From Cupriavidus necator (lineage in GTDB: Bacteria > Pseudomonadota > Gammaproteobacteria > Burkholderiales > Burkholderiaceae): DNA of 32,000 nt. The translations under genes and the position numbers were made by a program. The first letter of the stretch is position 1. Each line of letters starts with the position of its first letter. This document shows positions 18,608 to 26,924 of this stretch, one piece after another. The DNA is taken from contig NZ_CP066019.1 of NCBI RefSeq assembly GCF_016127575.1, positions 1,200,001-1,232,000 of the forward strand, written 5' to 3'. Under the pieces are notes generated by a model that worked only from the letters and a program-made list of their open reading frames with translations, made no database searches and was not told where the DNA came from.

Positions 18608-19201
18608 TTAGGCGGTGCTGCCCAGCAGGCGGCTCCGCACCGCATTCAGCATCTCGTCGGAGAGCGGATCGCCGTCGGCGGCACGCGCCAGCGTAAGGGC
18701 GCCGACCAGCAGGGCCATGCGCACCAGCGCTTCATCGTGGCGCAGCTGGGGGTCATCGGATTCAACGGTCTGCGCCATGTCGTCCACCAACGCGCGCAAG
18801 CCTTCCACGTAGGCCTGGCGCACGGGCTTGCCGGCCGGCTCGCGGGCCACGTCCACGGCCAGCGCCGCGGCGGCACAACCCACGCCCGGGTTGGCGCAAT
18901 GCGCGGCGGTCAGGTAGGGCTCAACCAGGTTGGCCAGCATGGCCTTGCGGTCGCCATCGGCGCGGGCCAGGCGGCGTTCCCAGCGGGCGGTCGATTCTTC
19001 AAACGCGCGCTTGCAGGCCTGCGCGGCCAGCGCGTCCTTGGAGGCGAAGTGGCCATAGAAGCCGCCATGGGTCAGGCCCGCGTCGGCCATCAACTCGGCC
19101 ACGCTGACGCCATTCAGTCCGCGTTCGCGGAACAGGCGCGACGACGCCTGTTCGATCGCCTCGCGGTTCTTGTCGGTTTGTTCGCGTGATGCGCGTGCCA
19201 T
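18608..19201 (-). CDS. TetR/AcrR-family transcriptional regulator
   Basis: 197 aa from ATG 19201 (MARASREQTDKNREAI...), with GAAGAGG upstream. Typical TetR HTH VSVAELMADAGLTHGGFYGHFASKDAL. Confidence 0.9.
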   Translation of the reverse strand: MARASREQTDKNREAIEQASSRLFRERGLNGVSVAELMADAGLTHGGFYGHFASKDALAAQACKRAFEESTARWERRLARADGDRKAMLANLVEPYLTAAHCANPGVGCAAAALAVDVAREPAGKPVRQAYVEGLRALVDDMAQTVESDDPQLRHDEALVRMALLVGALTLARAADGDPLSDEMLNAVRSRLLGSTA

Positions 19202-19263
19202 CTGAAGACCTCTTCGGGATTTATGCCTTGACCGGAGTTTAGATGATGCCCATACTTTATTCA

Positions 19264-19285
19264 ATAGATGATTGTCATCATCTAT
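19264..19285. promoter_or_regulatory. Candidate TetR operator: ATAGATGAT-tgtc-ATCATCTAT
   Basis: Perfect 9-bp inverted repeat read directly in the TetR/SDR divergent intergenic region. An extra half-site TAGATGATG lies at 19240-19248. Confidence 0.5.
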
Positions 19286-19363
19286 GTGCAGTCTCCCTTT
19301 CGCCGCATTTGTGCCGATGTGTGTCCAGGTGCCGGCTCCCAATCTTCACAGGAGTGATCAGTC

Positions 19364-20131
19364 ATGCAGAACCTCTTCGACCTTGGCGGCCGCGTTGCCG
19401 TCATCACCGGCTCCACCCGTGGCATGGGCCTGGAAATGGCGCGCGCGCTTGGCGCGGCCGGCGCCGCCGTGGTGGTGTCCGGGCGCGATGCAGGCGCGGC
19501 GCGCGACGCCGCCAGTCAGCTGGAGGCCGAGGGCATCCGCGCCACCGGCATCGCCTGCGATATCGCCGATGTCGACAGCGTGCGCGCCTTCGCGGAGCAG
19601 GCGCTGGCCGCGTATGGGCGCGTCGATGCACTGGTGCTCAATGCCGCCGCGAGCGGCCAGCCCGGATCGATGCTGAGCCAGGGACCCGAGGTGTTCGATG
19701 CGGCCATGGCGGGCAATGTGCGCGGCAACCTGGTGCTGGTGAACGCCCTGGCGCCGCAGATGATCAGTCGCCATGACGGATCCATCATCTTCATGTCGAG
19801 CATTGCCGCCAAGCGTGGCTCTGCCTTCCTGGGGATGTACAGCGTGACCAAGGCCGCCATCGACCAGGCGGTACGCAGCCTGGCGCTGGAGCTGGGGCCG
19901 TCCGGCATCAACGTCAACGCAATCAATCCCGGCCCGGTGCGCACCGAGTTCTCGCGCGACGCGCTGTGGGGCGATCCGGAGCGCGAGGCGCGGCTGGCTG
20001 CGGGCGTGCCGATGCGGCGCATCGGCGAGGCCAGCGATGTCGCGGGTCTTGCCGTCCTGCTGGCGGCACCGGCCGGGCGCTTTATCCACGGGCAGAGCAT
20101 CGGCGTGGATGGCGGGCTGTCGGCGCAGTAA
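19364..20131 (+). CDS. SDR-family oxidoreductase (short-chain dehydrogenase/reductase)
   Basis: 255 aa. Cofactor motif VAVITGSTRGMG, active-site YSVTKAA (YxxxK). GGAG RBS. Confidence 0.9.
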   Translation: MQNLFDLGGRVAVITGSTRGMGLEMARALGAAGAAVVVSGRDAGAARDAASQLEAEGIRATGIACDIADVDSVRAFAEQALAAYGRVDALVLNAAASGQPGSMLSQGPEVFDAAMAGNVRGNLVLVNALAPQMISRHDGSIIFMSSIAAKRGSAFLGMYSVTKAAIDQAVRSLALELGPSGINVNAINPGPVRTEFSRDALWGDPEREARLAAGVPMRRIGEASDVAGLAVLLAAPAGRFIHGQSIGVDGGLSAQ

Positions 20132-20365
20132 CCCCGTGCCGTGGCGGGCGGCCGATGCTCAGTGTCATTGGCCGGGCGGAGGCGAAATGTGCATACATAG
20201 GAACGCGCCTTCAGCACGTTGAAGGGTTTTCCCGTATCGTCTTGACCTGACGTTCACCATGCCTTGCGTGCAGCCCTCGCACCACTAGTCCCGGCATGGC
20301 GGCAACCGGTAAAGACAGTGTCCAGCACAGCACCTCTCCAATCCGCTTCCACCGCGGACGCCGCG

Positions 20366-21712
20366 ATGACTTCGCGCGAGCGCCGCGGCATGGCCGCCAT
20401 CCTCATCGCCGTCGCCCTTGCCACCCTGGATACCGCGATCGCCAACACGGCGCTGCCGTCGATCGCGGCGGACCTGCGCGCCACGCCGGCCGCGTCGGTG
20501 TGGGTGATCAATGCCTACCAGCTGGCCATGGTGTCGACGCTGCTGCCGTTCGCGGCGCTGGGCGGCGTGGTGGGCCACCGGCGCATCTACCTTGGCGGCG
20601 TGGTGCTGTTCACCGCCGCCTCCGTGGTGTGCGCGCTGGCGTGGTCGCTGCCGACGCTGGCGGCGGCGCGTGTGCTGCAAGGCATCGGCGCGGCGGCAAT
20701 CATGAGCGTCAATACGGCGCTGATCAGCGCGATCTTCCCCACGCACCGGCTCGGGCGCGGGCTGGGGCTCAATGCGCTGGTAGTGGGCGTGTCGTTCGCG
20801 GTGGGCCCCACCGTGGCCTCGGTGATCCTGTCATTCGGCACGTGGCCGTGGCTGTTCGCCGTCAACCTGCCGATCGGCCTGCTCGCGCTGGCGATCGGGC
20901 GCGGCTCCTTGCCGCAGACGCCGCGCAGTGCGCATGGGTTCGACCGCGTCGCGGCGGGGCTCAGCGTGGTTGCCTTTGCCGCGCTGGTCCTTGCGCTGGG
21001 CGAAGGTGCGCAGCGCGCGCCGCTGCATCTGTCGCTGGCCGCGGCGGGCATCTTCATGGTGACGTTCGGCCTGCTGCTGTGGCGCGAGCGCGGCCATCCG
21101 GCGCCGATGCTGCCGGTGGACCTGTTCCGGCGGCCCATGTTCGCGCTGTCGACGCTGACCGCGGTGTGCTCCTTCGCCGCGCAAGGCCTGGCCTTCGTCT
21201 CGCTGCCGTTCTACTTCCAGCACGTGCTCGGGCGCGGGCAGGTCGAGACCGGTTTCCTGCTGACCCCGTGGTCCGTCGTGGTGGCGCTGATCGGGCCGCT
21301 TGCCGGGCGCCTGTCTGACCGCTACCCGCCGGCCGTGCTCGGCGGCGTGGGGCTGGCGGTGCTTAGCGTTGGCATGCTGTCGCTGGCCATGCTGCCGGCC
21401 GACCCCAGCGCGCTTGATATCGGCATCCGCATGTGCATCTGCGGTGCGGGTTTCGGCTTCTTCCAGTCGCCCAACCTCAAGGCGTTGATGACGAGCGCCC
21501 CGCGCGAGCGCAGCGGTGGCGCCAGCGGCGTGGTGGCCACGGCGCGGTTGCTGGGGCAGGCCACGGGTGCAGCACTGGTGGCGCTGTGTTTTGGCATTGC
21601 CGGGGACCACGGGCCGGGGTTGGCCCTGGCGCTGGGCGCGGGCTTCGCCGGGCTGGCCGCGATCGCGAGCTGGCTGCGCCTGGCAGCGCGCGATCCGTTG
21701 GCGGCGTCGTAG
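20366..21712 (+). CDS. MFS transporter, EmrB/QacA (DHA2)-like
   Basis: N-terminal motif LATLDTAIANTALPSIAADL and many TM segments. Start chosen at ATG 20366 (MTSRERRGMAAIL...); the track ORF starts at 20264. Confidence 0.8.
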   Translation: MTSRERRGMAAILIAVALATLDTAIANTALPSIAADLRATPAASVWVINAYQLAMVSTLLPFAALGGVVGHRRIYLGGVVLFTAASVVCALAWSLPTLAAARVLQGIGAAAIMSVNTALISAIFPTHRLGRGLGLNALVVGVSFAVGPTVASVILSFGTWPWLFAVNLPIGLLALAIGRGSLPQTPRSAHGFDRVAAGLSVVAFAALVLALGEGAQRAPLHLSLAAAGIFMVTFGLLLWRERGHPAPMLPVDLFRRPMFALSTLTAVCSFAAQGLAFVSLPFYFQHVLGRGQVETGFLLTPWSVVVALIGPLAGRLSDRYPPAVLGGVGLAVLSVGMLSLAMLPADPSALDIGIRMCICGAGFGFFQSPNLKALMTSAPRERSGGASGVVATARLLGQATGAALVALCFGIAGDHGPGLALALGAGFAGLAAIASWLRLAARDPLAAS

Positions 21713-21793
21713 CGGCGCGGCCGGGCCGGCAGCAATTCCGGCGCCGGCCTAGAATCGATATTTCCTGTCCGATCCCTGCATGGAGCAGCACGC

Positions 21794-22909
21794 ATGAGCT
21801 TTCTGTTCGAACCGCTCGCCATCGGCGATCTCACCCTCGCCAACCGCATCATCATCGCCCCGATGTGCCAGTACTCCGCGCGGGACGGCAACGCCGGCGA
21901 CTGGCACATGATCCACCTCGGTTCGCTGGCGCTGTCCGGCGCCGGCATGCTGATCGTGGAAGCCACGGCAGTCTCGCCCGAAGGGCGCATCACGCCGCAG
22001 GACCTGGGCCTGTATTCGGACGAAAACGAGGCGGCGCTTGGCCGCGTGGTCAAGGCGATGCGCGCGCATTCGCCGATCGCCATTGCGATCCAGTTGGGGC
22101 ATGCCGGCCGCAAGGCGTCGAGCCAGGCGCCATGGGATGGCGGGCAGCAGATCGCGCCGGATGCGCCTGGTGGCTGGCATGCGGTGGCGCCTTCCGCGGT
22201 ACCGCATGGCGCGGAAGAAGTCGCGCCTGCCGCGCTGGACCGTGCCGGCATGGACAAGGTGCGCGACGACTTTGTCGCGGCGGCAAGGCGTGCGGCGCGG
22301 CTTGGGTTGAACGGGATCGAGATCCATGCCGCGCACGGCTACCTGCTGCACCAGTTCCTGTCGCCGCTGGCCAACCATCGTGACGACGAATACGGCGGCA
22401 GCCTGGAGAACCGCATGCGGTTCCCGATCGAGGTGTTCGACGCGGTGCGTGAGGTGTTCCCGGCTGAGCGTCCGGTGTGGATGCGTATTTCCGCAACCGA
22501 CTGGGTGCCGGGCGGATGGGATATCGAAGGCACGGTGGCGTTGTCGAAGGCTCTCAAGGCGCGCGGCTGTGCGGCGATCCATGTGACCACCGGCGGCGTG
22601 TCGCCGCAGCAGGCGATCAAGCTCGGGCCCGGCTACCAGGTGCCGTACGCGCAGCGCGTAAAGGCCGAGGTTGGCCTGCCGACGATTGCGGTGGGCCTGA
22701 TCACTGAGCCGGAGCAGGCCGAAGCCATCATCGCCAACCACGAAGCCGACGCGGTGTCGCTGGCCCGTGCCATGCTGTATGACCCGCGCTGGCCCTGGCA
22801 TGCGGCCGCGCGGCTGGGCGCAAGCGTGCAGGCGCCGAAGCAATACTGGCGGTCGCAGCCGCGCGAACTGAAAGACCTGTTTGCCGATGCGGCTTTCGGG
22901 CAGCGCTAG
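21794..22909 (+). CDS. NADH:flavin oxidoreductase, Old Yellow Enzyme family
   Basis: 371 aa. MSFLFEPLAIGDLTLANRIIIAPMCQYSA..., HAAHGYLLHQFLSPLAN.. Typical OYE/NemA-like sequence. Confidence 0.9.
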   Translation: MSFLFEPLAIGDLTLANRIIIAPMCQYSARDGNAGDWHMIHLGSLALSGAGMLIVEATAVSPEGRITPQDLGLYSDENEAALGRVVKAMRAHSPIAIAIQLGHAGRKASSQAPWDGGQQIAPDAPGGWHAVAPSAVPHGAEEVAPAALDRAGMDKVRDDFVAAARRAARLGLNGIEIHAAHGYLLHQFLSPLANHRDDEYGGSLENRMRFPIEVFDAVREVFPAERPVWMRISATDWVPGGWDIEGTVALSKALKARGCAAIHVTTGGVSPQQAIKLGPGYQVPYAQRVKAEVGLPTIAVGLITEPEQAEAIIANHEADAVSLARAMLYDPRWPWHAAARLGASVQAPKQYWRSQPRELKDLFADAAFGQR

Positions 22910-22938
22910 GCTGCCGGTCGATACAGGAGGAACCCGCC

Positions 22939-23361
22939 ATGAGACCCCGGATTACGCTGATCACGCTGGGTGTCGATGACCTGCAGCGTGCGGTGCGCTT
23001 CTATCGCGACGGCCTGGGACTGCCCACCGCAGGCATTGTCGGCGAGCAGTTCGAGCACGGCGCCGTGGCCTTCTTCGACCTGCAGGCCGGATTGAAGCTC
23101 GCGGTCTGGCCGCGCACCAGTCTTGCGCATGACACCGGACTGCAGCTGACACCGCGCGCGCAGACGGATTTCTCGCTGGCGCATAACGTCGGCGACAAGG
23201 CGGAAGTGGATGCGGTGATGGCCCAGGCGCTGGCCGCGGGCGCCAGCGTGGTCAAGCCGGCGCAGGATACGTTCTGGGGCGGGTACGCCGGCTATTTCCA
23301 GGATCCCGACGGGCATCTGTGGGAAATCGCCTGGAATCCTGAGATGTTGCCCGCGGATTAA
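22939..23361 (+). CDS. VOC-family (glyoxalase/bleomycin-resistance fold) protein
   Basis: 140 aa. ITLGVDDLQRAVRFYRDGLGL... and ...GYFQDPDGHLWEIAWNP. AGGAGG RBS. Confidence 0.85.
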   Translation: MRPRITLITLGVDDLQRAVRFYRDGLGLPTAGIVGEQFEHGAVAFFDLQAGLKLAVWPRTSLAHDTGLQLTPRAQTDFSLAHNVGDKAEVDAVMAQALAAGASVVKPAQDTFWGGYAGYFQDPDGHLWEIAWNPEMLPAD

Positions 23362-23417
23362 GGACCGGCGCGATGCGCGCCTTGCGCACGCCCCGTTCCT
23401 TCTATCAAGACCTTGCC

Positions 23418-23453
23418 TTGCGGCGCTGCATCATGACTGGTGCAGTGCCGCAA
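23418..23453. other. Strong intergenic hairpin (13-bp stem with one G.U pair, 10-nt loop)
   Basis: TTGCGGCGCTGCA (23418-23430) pairs with TGCAGTGCCGCAA (23441-23453). There is no flanking T-run on either strand, so it is not a canonical terminator. Confidence 0.3.
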
Positions 23454-23625
23454 AGGGATTTCCATGATTGCCACGCTCCGTCGAAGTGGTGACTATCATT
23501 TCAACAGACAGCCATAGCATGCTGGCGACGGAGCGCCCCCACGCATTCCCGGAAGACCCCCGCATCACGCCCCGTCGGCAGCCCACCGAAGTAAAGCAAT
23601 AAGAACAATGGCAAGGGAGACATCC

Positions 23626-23793
23626 ATGCAAGTCTATGACAGCCTGCTGTATGTGACTGCGATGGTGCTGGTGTGTTTGTATGTGTATCTGGGCGTGCTG
23701 TCCCGCAGCACGGCGATCCGGCTGGGTTCCCCGGCGATCGTTGCGGGGCTGGTGCTCGCCTATTCGCTGTCCCCGCTGCACTCGGGCGGCTGA
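23626..23793 (+). CDS. Small hypothetical membrane protein (55 aa, two hydrophobic segments)
   Basis: ATG 23626 is preceded by AGGGAGA at 5-6 nt. The sequence is MQVYDSLLYVTAMVLVCLYVYLGVLS...IVAGLVLAYSL. The third codon position is mostly G/C. A hairpin plus T-rich tail follows. Confidence 0.4.
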   Translation: MQVYDSLLYVTAMVLVCLYVYLGVLSRSTAIRLGSPAIVAGLVLAYSLSPLHSGG

Positions 23794-23802
23794 TGCCGCC
23801 GG

Positions 23803-23833
23803 CCCCCGGCTGAGCGGGGGTTCTGCTGATTCT
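23803..23833 (+). terminator. Possible intrinsic terminator after the small ORF
   Basis: CCCCCG (23803-23808), loop gctgag, CGGGGG (23815-23820), then TTCTGCTGATTCT. The stem is short, so this is a weak call. Confidence 0.3.
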
Positions 23834-23949
23834 ACCGCGGCCGCCGCCTGACGGTCGGGGTTGCCTTCGCCCTGCGTGATCGAGTCGCGCGGCAGCGTAT
23901 CGATCGCTGCCGGCAAGTCCTGCGGTAGCACCGGTTGTGCAGCCCAACG

Positions 23950-23982
23950 AAAAAAATGCCGGCGCCGCAAGGCGACACCGGC
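23950..23982 (-). terminator. Rho-independent terminator of the 544-aa lipoprotein gene
   Basis: On the minus strand: GCCGGUGUCGCC-uugc-GGCGCCGGC (3-nt bulge) followed by AUUUUUUU (plus-strand A-run 23950-23956). It lies 46 nt after the stop. Confidence 0.6.
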
Positions 23983-24027
23983 TTGAATCGCTGTCCGGAC
24001 GCAGCAGTCCGGCGACTTGCAGCGGAG

Positions 24028-25662
24028 TTACAGACGGTTGACCGAGATGCTGAAGAACCGGCGAGCCGTATTCACGCCGATCGCCACATTCAGGCCCGTG
24101 TTGCCAATCGACATGCTGATGGCCTCACTACCGCCGCTGTTGTTGGGCGTCGGGGCACGGTAGCGCAGCCCGTCGAGCGGGGTGTTCACCTTCCAGGTGT
24201 CCACCCGTCCGTCGTCGCGCTCGCGCGTGTACGTGTTTGCCTGGGCATCCACCGCGGTGACCTTGACCGTGGAGGCCGTCGTCGTGCTGATGCCATCGGC
24301 CGTGGCGGAGTTGCTGTCCACCGGAAGAATGCTCGTGTCCCAGAACGAACTGGTCGCGCCCACGGCAGGCAGCGCACGGGCGATCCGTCTGGTGGCCATC
24401 GTGAATCCGTCACCGTGGGTGAAGACGATGACCAGTTGCCCGTCGGTGCCCTTGAACGCGTAGGCCCGCTCAACACCACCGTCCTGTTCGGTGAGGTTCA
24501 GCCCGCCATCGGGGTTGAGCGTGATGGTGGGAAATTCATCCGGCAGCCATGCCGAGCACGAATCCAGGCCCGAGCAATCTGCGCCGGCGGTCACCTTGCC
24601 CGCGGCATCCAGGCTGAAGTTCACGCGCGACGCCGCGTACGGCGACGGGCCATCGCGCTCATAGCCAAGACCATTCCAGTCGCCAGCCAGGTCGGCCAGG
24701 GCCAGTGCCTGGGCAGGAATCAGCAGGGCGGGCAGGCGGTTGACCGTGCCAGCCGGAGGCAGCACCACGCTCAGGCCCGACTTGGAGACCAGCACGGTGT
24801 CGGTGCCTGCGGTGAAGCGGCAGGCTTCCGATGCGTCGGCGGTGAAGGTGGTCACGTCGGTGCCCAGCTTGAACTGCAACGTGGCGGCGTCCATTTCGCC
24901 GGCTTCTCCAATCGGCGTGCCCAGTTCCACGACGTGGTACTTGCCGGTCTTCAACCCGGCGCAGGTGGCCGCTGCCGGTTGCAGTGCGGTCTGGACTGCC
25001 GCTGCGCCGGCATTGGCAGCGACTGCTGAAGAAAGCTCAGCCAGCGTGGTCTTGGATGCCTCCAGGCGATCGCCCAACTGGTCCAGCAGCTGGTCCTGCG
25101 CATTGCCCGCGTTGGCGCCGTTGGCGGCCACCAGCGGATCCTTGACCGGGTCGATGCTGGAAAGGTCGACCACGCCCGTCAGCACCAGGCGCACGGCGCC
25201 GATGGCACTGGTTACGTTGTCGGAGGTGAGCCTGGCTTGCGCGTTCGCATCGAACTGCTCGAAGAAGGCATCGGTGTTGCCCTGTGCCAGTGAAGCGGTG
25301 ACCAGCTCGGTCAGCGGCGTGATGTTGGCCGTCGCGGTGGTGCCGGTGCCGGCTTCGACCACGGAATGCAGCGTGGTGCCGTCAGGCGCCGTGACGCTGA
25401 GCACGCAGGGACGCGTCGCGCCTTCGATGCTGATGGTGAAGCTGCCGTCCGCCGCGGTGGTGGCGGTGCCGCTGCCCGATGCGCACTTGGCCTGCACGGC
25501 GGCATTGCCCAGTGCGGCGCCAACTGCGGCGGTGCCACTGATCCTGGTGGCGGCAGGTGCCGCCGTGGTGGTGGTCGGCGCGGTCGAACCGCCATCGCCG
25601 CCTCCGCATGCAGACAGGACCGCCGTCGCCAGACCCGTCAAGAACAGTTGTTTTGTTTTCAT
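24028..25662 (-). CDS. Large lipoprotein of unknown function
   Basis: 544 aa from ATG 25662 (MKTKQLFLTGLATAVLSACGGGDGG; lipobox LSAC), followed by a Thr/Ala-rich linker. The track ORF extends to 25725. I recognise no catalytic motifs. Confidence 0.8.
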   Translation of the reverse strand: MKTKQLFLTGLATAVLSACGGGDGGSTAPTTTTAAPAATRISGTAAVGAALGNAAVQAKCASGSGTATTAADGSFTISIEGATRPCVLSVTAPDGTTLHSVVEAGTGTTATANITPLTELVTASLAQGNTDAFFEQFDANAQARLTSDNVTSAIGAVRLVLTGVVDLSSIDPVKDPLVAANGANAGNAQDQLLDQLGDRLEASKTTLAELSSAVAANAGAAAVQTALQPAAATCAGLKTGKYHVVELGTPIGEAGEMDAATLQFKLGTDVTTFTADASEACRFTAGTDTVLVSKSGLSVVLPPAGTVNRLPALLIPAQALALADLAGDWNGLGYERDGPSPYAASRVNFSLDAAGKVTAGADCSGLDSCSAWLPDEFPTITLNPDGGLNLTEQDGGVERAYAFKGTDGQLVIVFTHGDGFTMATRRIARALPAVGATSSFWDTSILPVDSNSATADGISTTTASTVKVTAVDAQANTYTRERDDGRVDTWKVNTPLDGLRYRAPTPNNSGGSEAISMSIGNTGLNVAIGVNTARRFFSISVNRL

Positions 25663-25913
25663 CCCGTTTCGCCCTGTATGGTTTTTGTTCTGGCGGAGTC
25701 CTGCGGTGGTCGATATCCGGCTCATGCAGGCCCCGCCCGCAGGGTGGCTGACCCGCCCCGCGAGGCGAGTCTGCGTGATAGGGGGGATGGGGCCAACCCG
25801 AGTTCAGGCGATTGACAAACTGTCGGGAGTGTGTGGGCAGAGGCTGCTGCGGCAACGCTGCAGGATGGCTGTCACGTGCCTGGCTGCCGTGGTTGCATTC
25901 ATTGGTCTGGCGG

Positions 25914-25949
25914 AAAAAAGAAAAGCCGGTGCCGCAGGGCGGCACCGGC
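25914..25949 (-). terminator. Rho-independent terminator (minus strand), paralogous to 23950-23982
   Basis: Perfect 11-bp stem GCCGGTGCCGC (25925-25935) / GCGGCACCGGC (25939-25949). On the minus strand it is followed by UUUUCUUUUUU (plus-strand A-run 25914-25924). Confidence 0.7.
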
Positions 25950-25999
25950 TTGGTTCGTGTCCGGGCGCGGGGTGCCCGGATTCACGGTTGGGGGCGAGG

Positions 26000-26161
26000 T
26001 TACGGGCGGCCGACCGAGATATCGTAGAACAATCCGTTCACGCCGATGCCGAGGGTCAGGGCGGTATTGCCCGGGATCAGCGAAATCATTGCCGATGCAT
26101 TGCTGGTTGCTGCGCGCGGTGGTTGACAAACTCCGCGCCATGTGACGCCCAGGCCGCTGCG
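26000..26161 (-). pseudogene. 3'-terminal remnant of a paralog of the 24028-25662 lipoprotein gene
   Basis: Own translation: ...TSNASAMISLIPGNTALTLGIGVNGLFYDISVGRP*, which aligns with ...SGGSEAISMSIGNTGLNVAIGVNTARRFFSISVNRL*. The 3' UTR hairpin and terminator are also homologous. There is no start codon. The frame is bounded upstream by the AraC stop codon (26162-26164). Confidence 0.5.
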
Positions 26162-26803
26162 TCAGGCGGCCGTCGGCACAAGGCCGGGCCAGGTGGCAGT
26201 GGGCGCTGTGGTGCGGCTGCCTGCCCGGCAATCTTCCACCAGGCGCGCCGCATCGATGCCGAACCAGTTCTGCCAGCTGCGCGCCAGCGCGCTGCCGGAA
26301 CGCAGGCCGGCATGCGCCGCCAGCACGTCCAGCGAAGACACCGGGCCGGCGGCGGCCAGCGCGTGCAGGGCATGGGCGGCGCGTTGCTCGCGCAGCAGCG
26401 GGTGCAGCGCCTCGCCTTCGGCGAAGAGCCGGGCGCGCACCTGGCGGGCCGGCACCTGCCATTGCGCGGCCAGGCGCTCGACATTCCAGTCGGTATCGGG
26501 GCGGGAAAAGACCAGGCCGGCAAAGCGGCGCGACCAGGGCCTGTCGCCGGGCTTGCCGGCCAGGCGCGGGCATTCACTGTCCGGGACGGCAGTCAGGACG
26601 ATGGCGCAAGGGTGCTGCCACGTGCCGGGCAGGTCGCAGTCGAAGTGGGCAAAGGCGTGGACCACGAACGGGTCGCCGGGCCGCACCTCGCGCCGCGCAT
26701 TGGCGTCGCGCAGGCTGGCCGTGCCGTGCAGGGCTTGTACCTGCACGGCAAAGGGGAAGCGCAGGCGGGCAAAGCGGACGTGGTGACGGCTGACAAGCGG
26801 CAT
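26162..26803 (-). CDS. AraC/XylS-family transcriptional regulator (short)
   Basis: 213 aa. C-terminal double-HTH-like region WNVERLAAQWQVPARQVRARLFAEGEALHPLLREQRAAHALHAL...LDVLAAHAGLRSGSALARSWQNWFGI. Confidence 0.75.
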   Translation of the reverse strand: MPLVSRHHVRFARLRFPFAVQVQALHGTASLRDANARREVRPGDPFVVHAFAHFDCDLPGTWQHPCAIVLTAVPDSECPRLAGKPGDRPWSRRFAGLVFSRPDTDWNVERLAAQWQVPARQVRARLFAEGEALHPLLREQRAAHALHALAAAGPVSSLDVLAAHAGLRSGSALARSWQNWFGIDAARLVEDCRAGSRTTAPTATWPGLVPTAA

Positions 26804-26924
26804 GCGGAAGACAACCCGGAAGCTGAGCGGGGGTGCGGCCGGTAACTGTCGCAGGATTCAACGGGCGGCGCAAGGCCGCGGACATCGTCCGTTTGATCGT
26901 TCACGGCGCCCGGTGACGGCGGCG

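Noticed and set aside
24740-26845. 701-aa plus-strand ORF, and similar long ORFs at 17069..18328 (+), 26802..28337 (+), 28066..29745 (-), 30597..31922 (-) and 21749..22843 (-).
   Set aside because: Each is antisense to, or out of frame with, a gene that has family motifs and an RBS (lipoprotein, MFS, Crp/Fnr, acyl-CoA synthetase, AGE epimerase, OYE). Their composition is Arg/Ala/Gly-rich and shadow-like.
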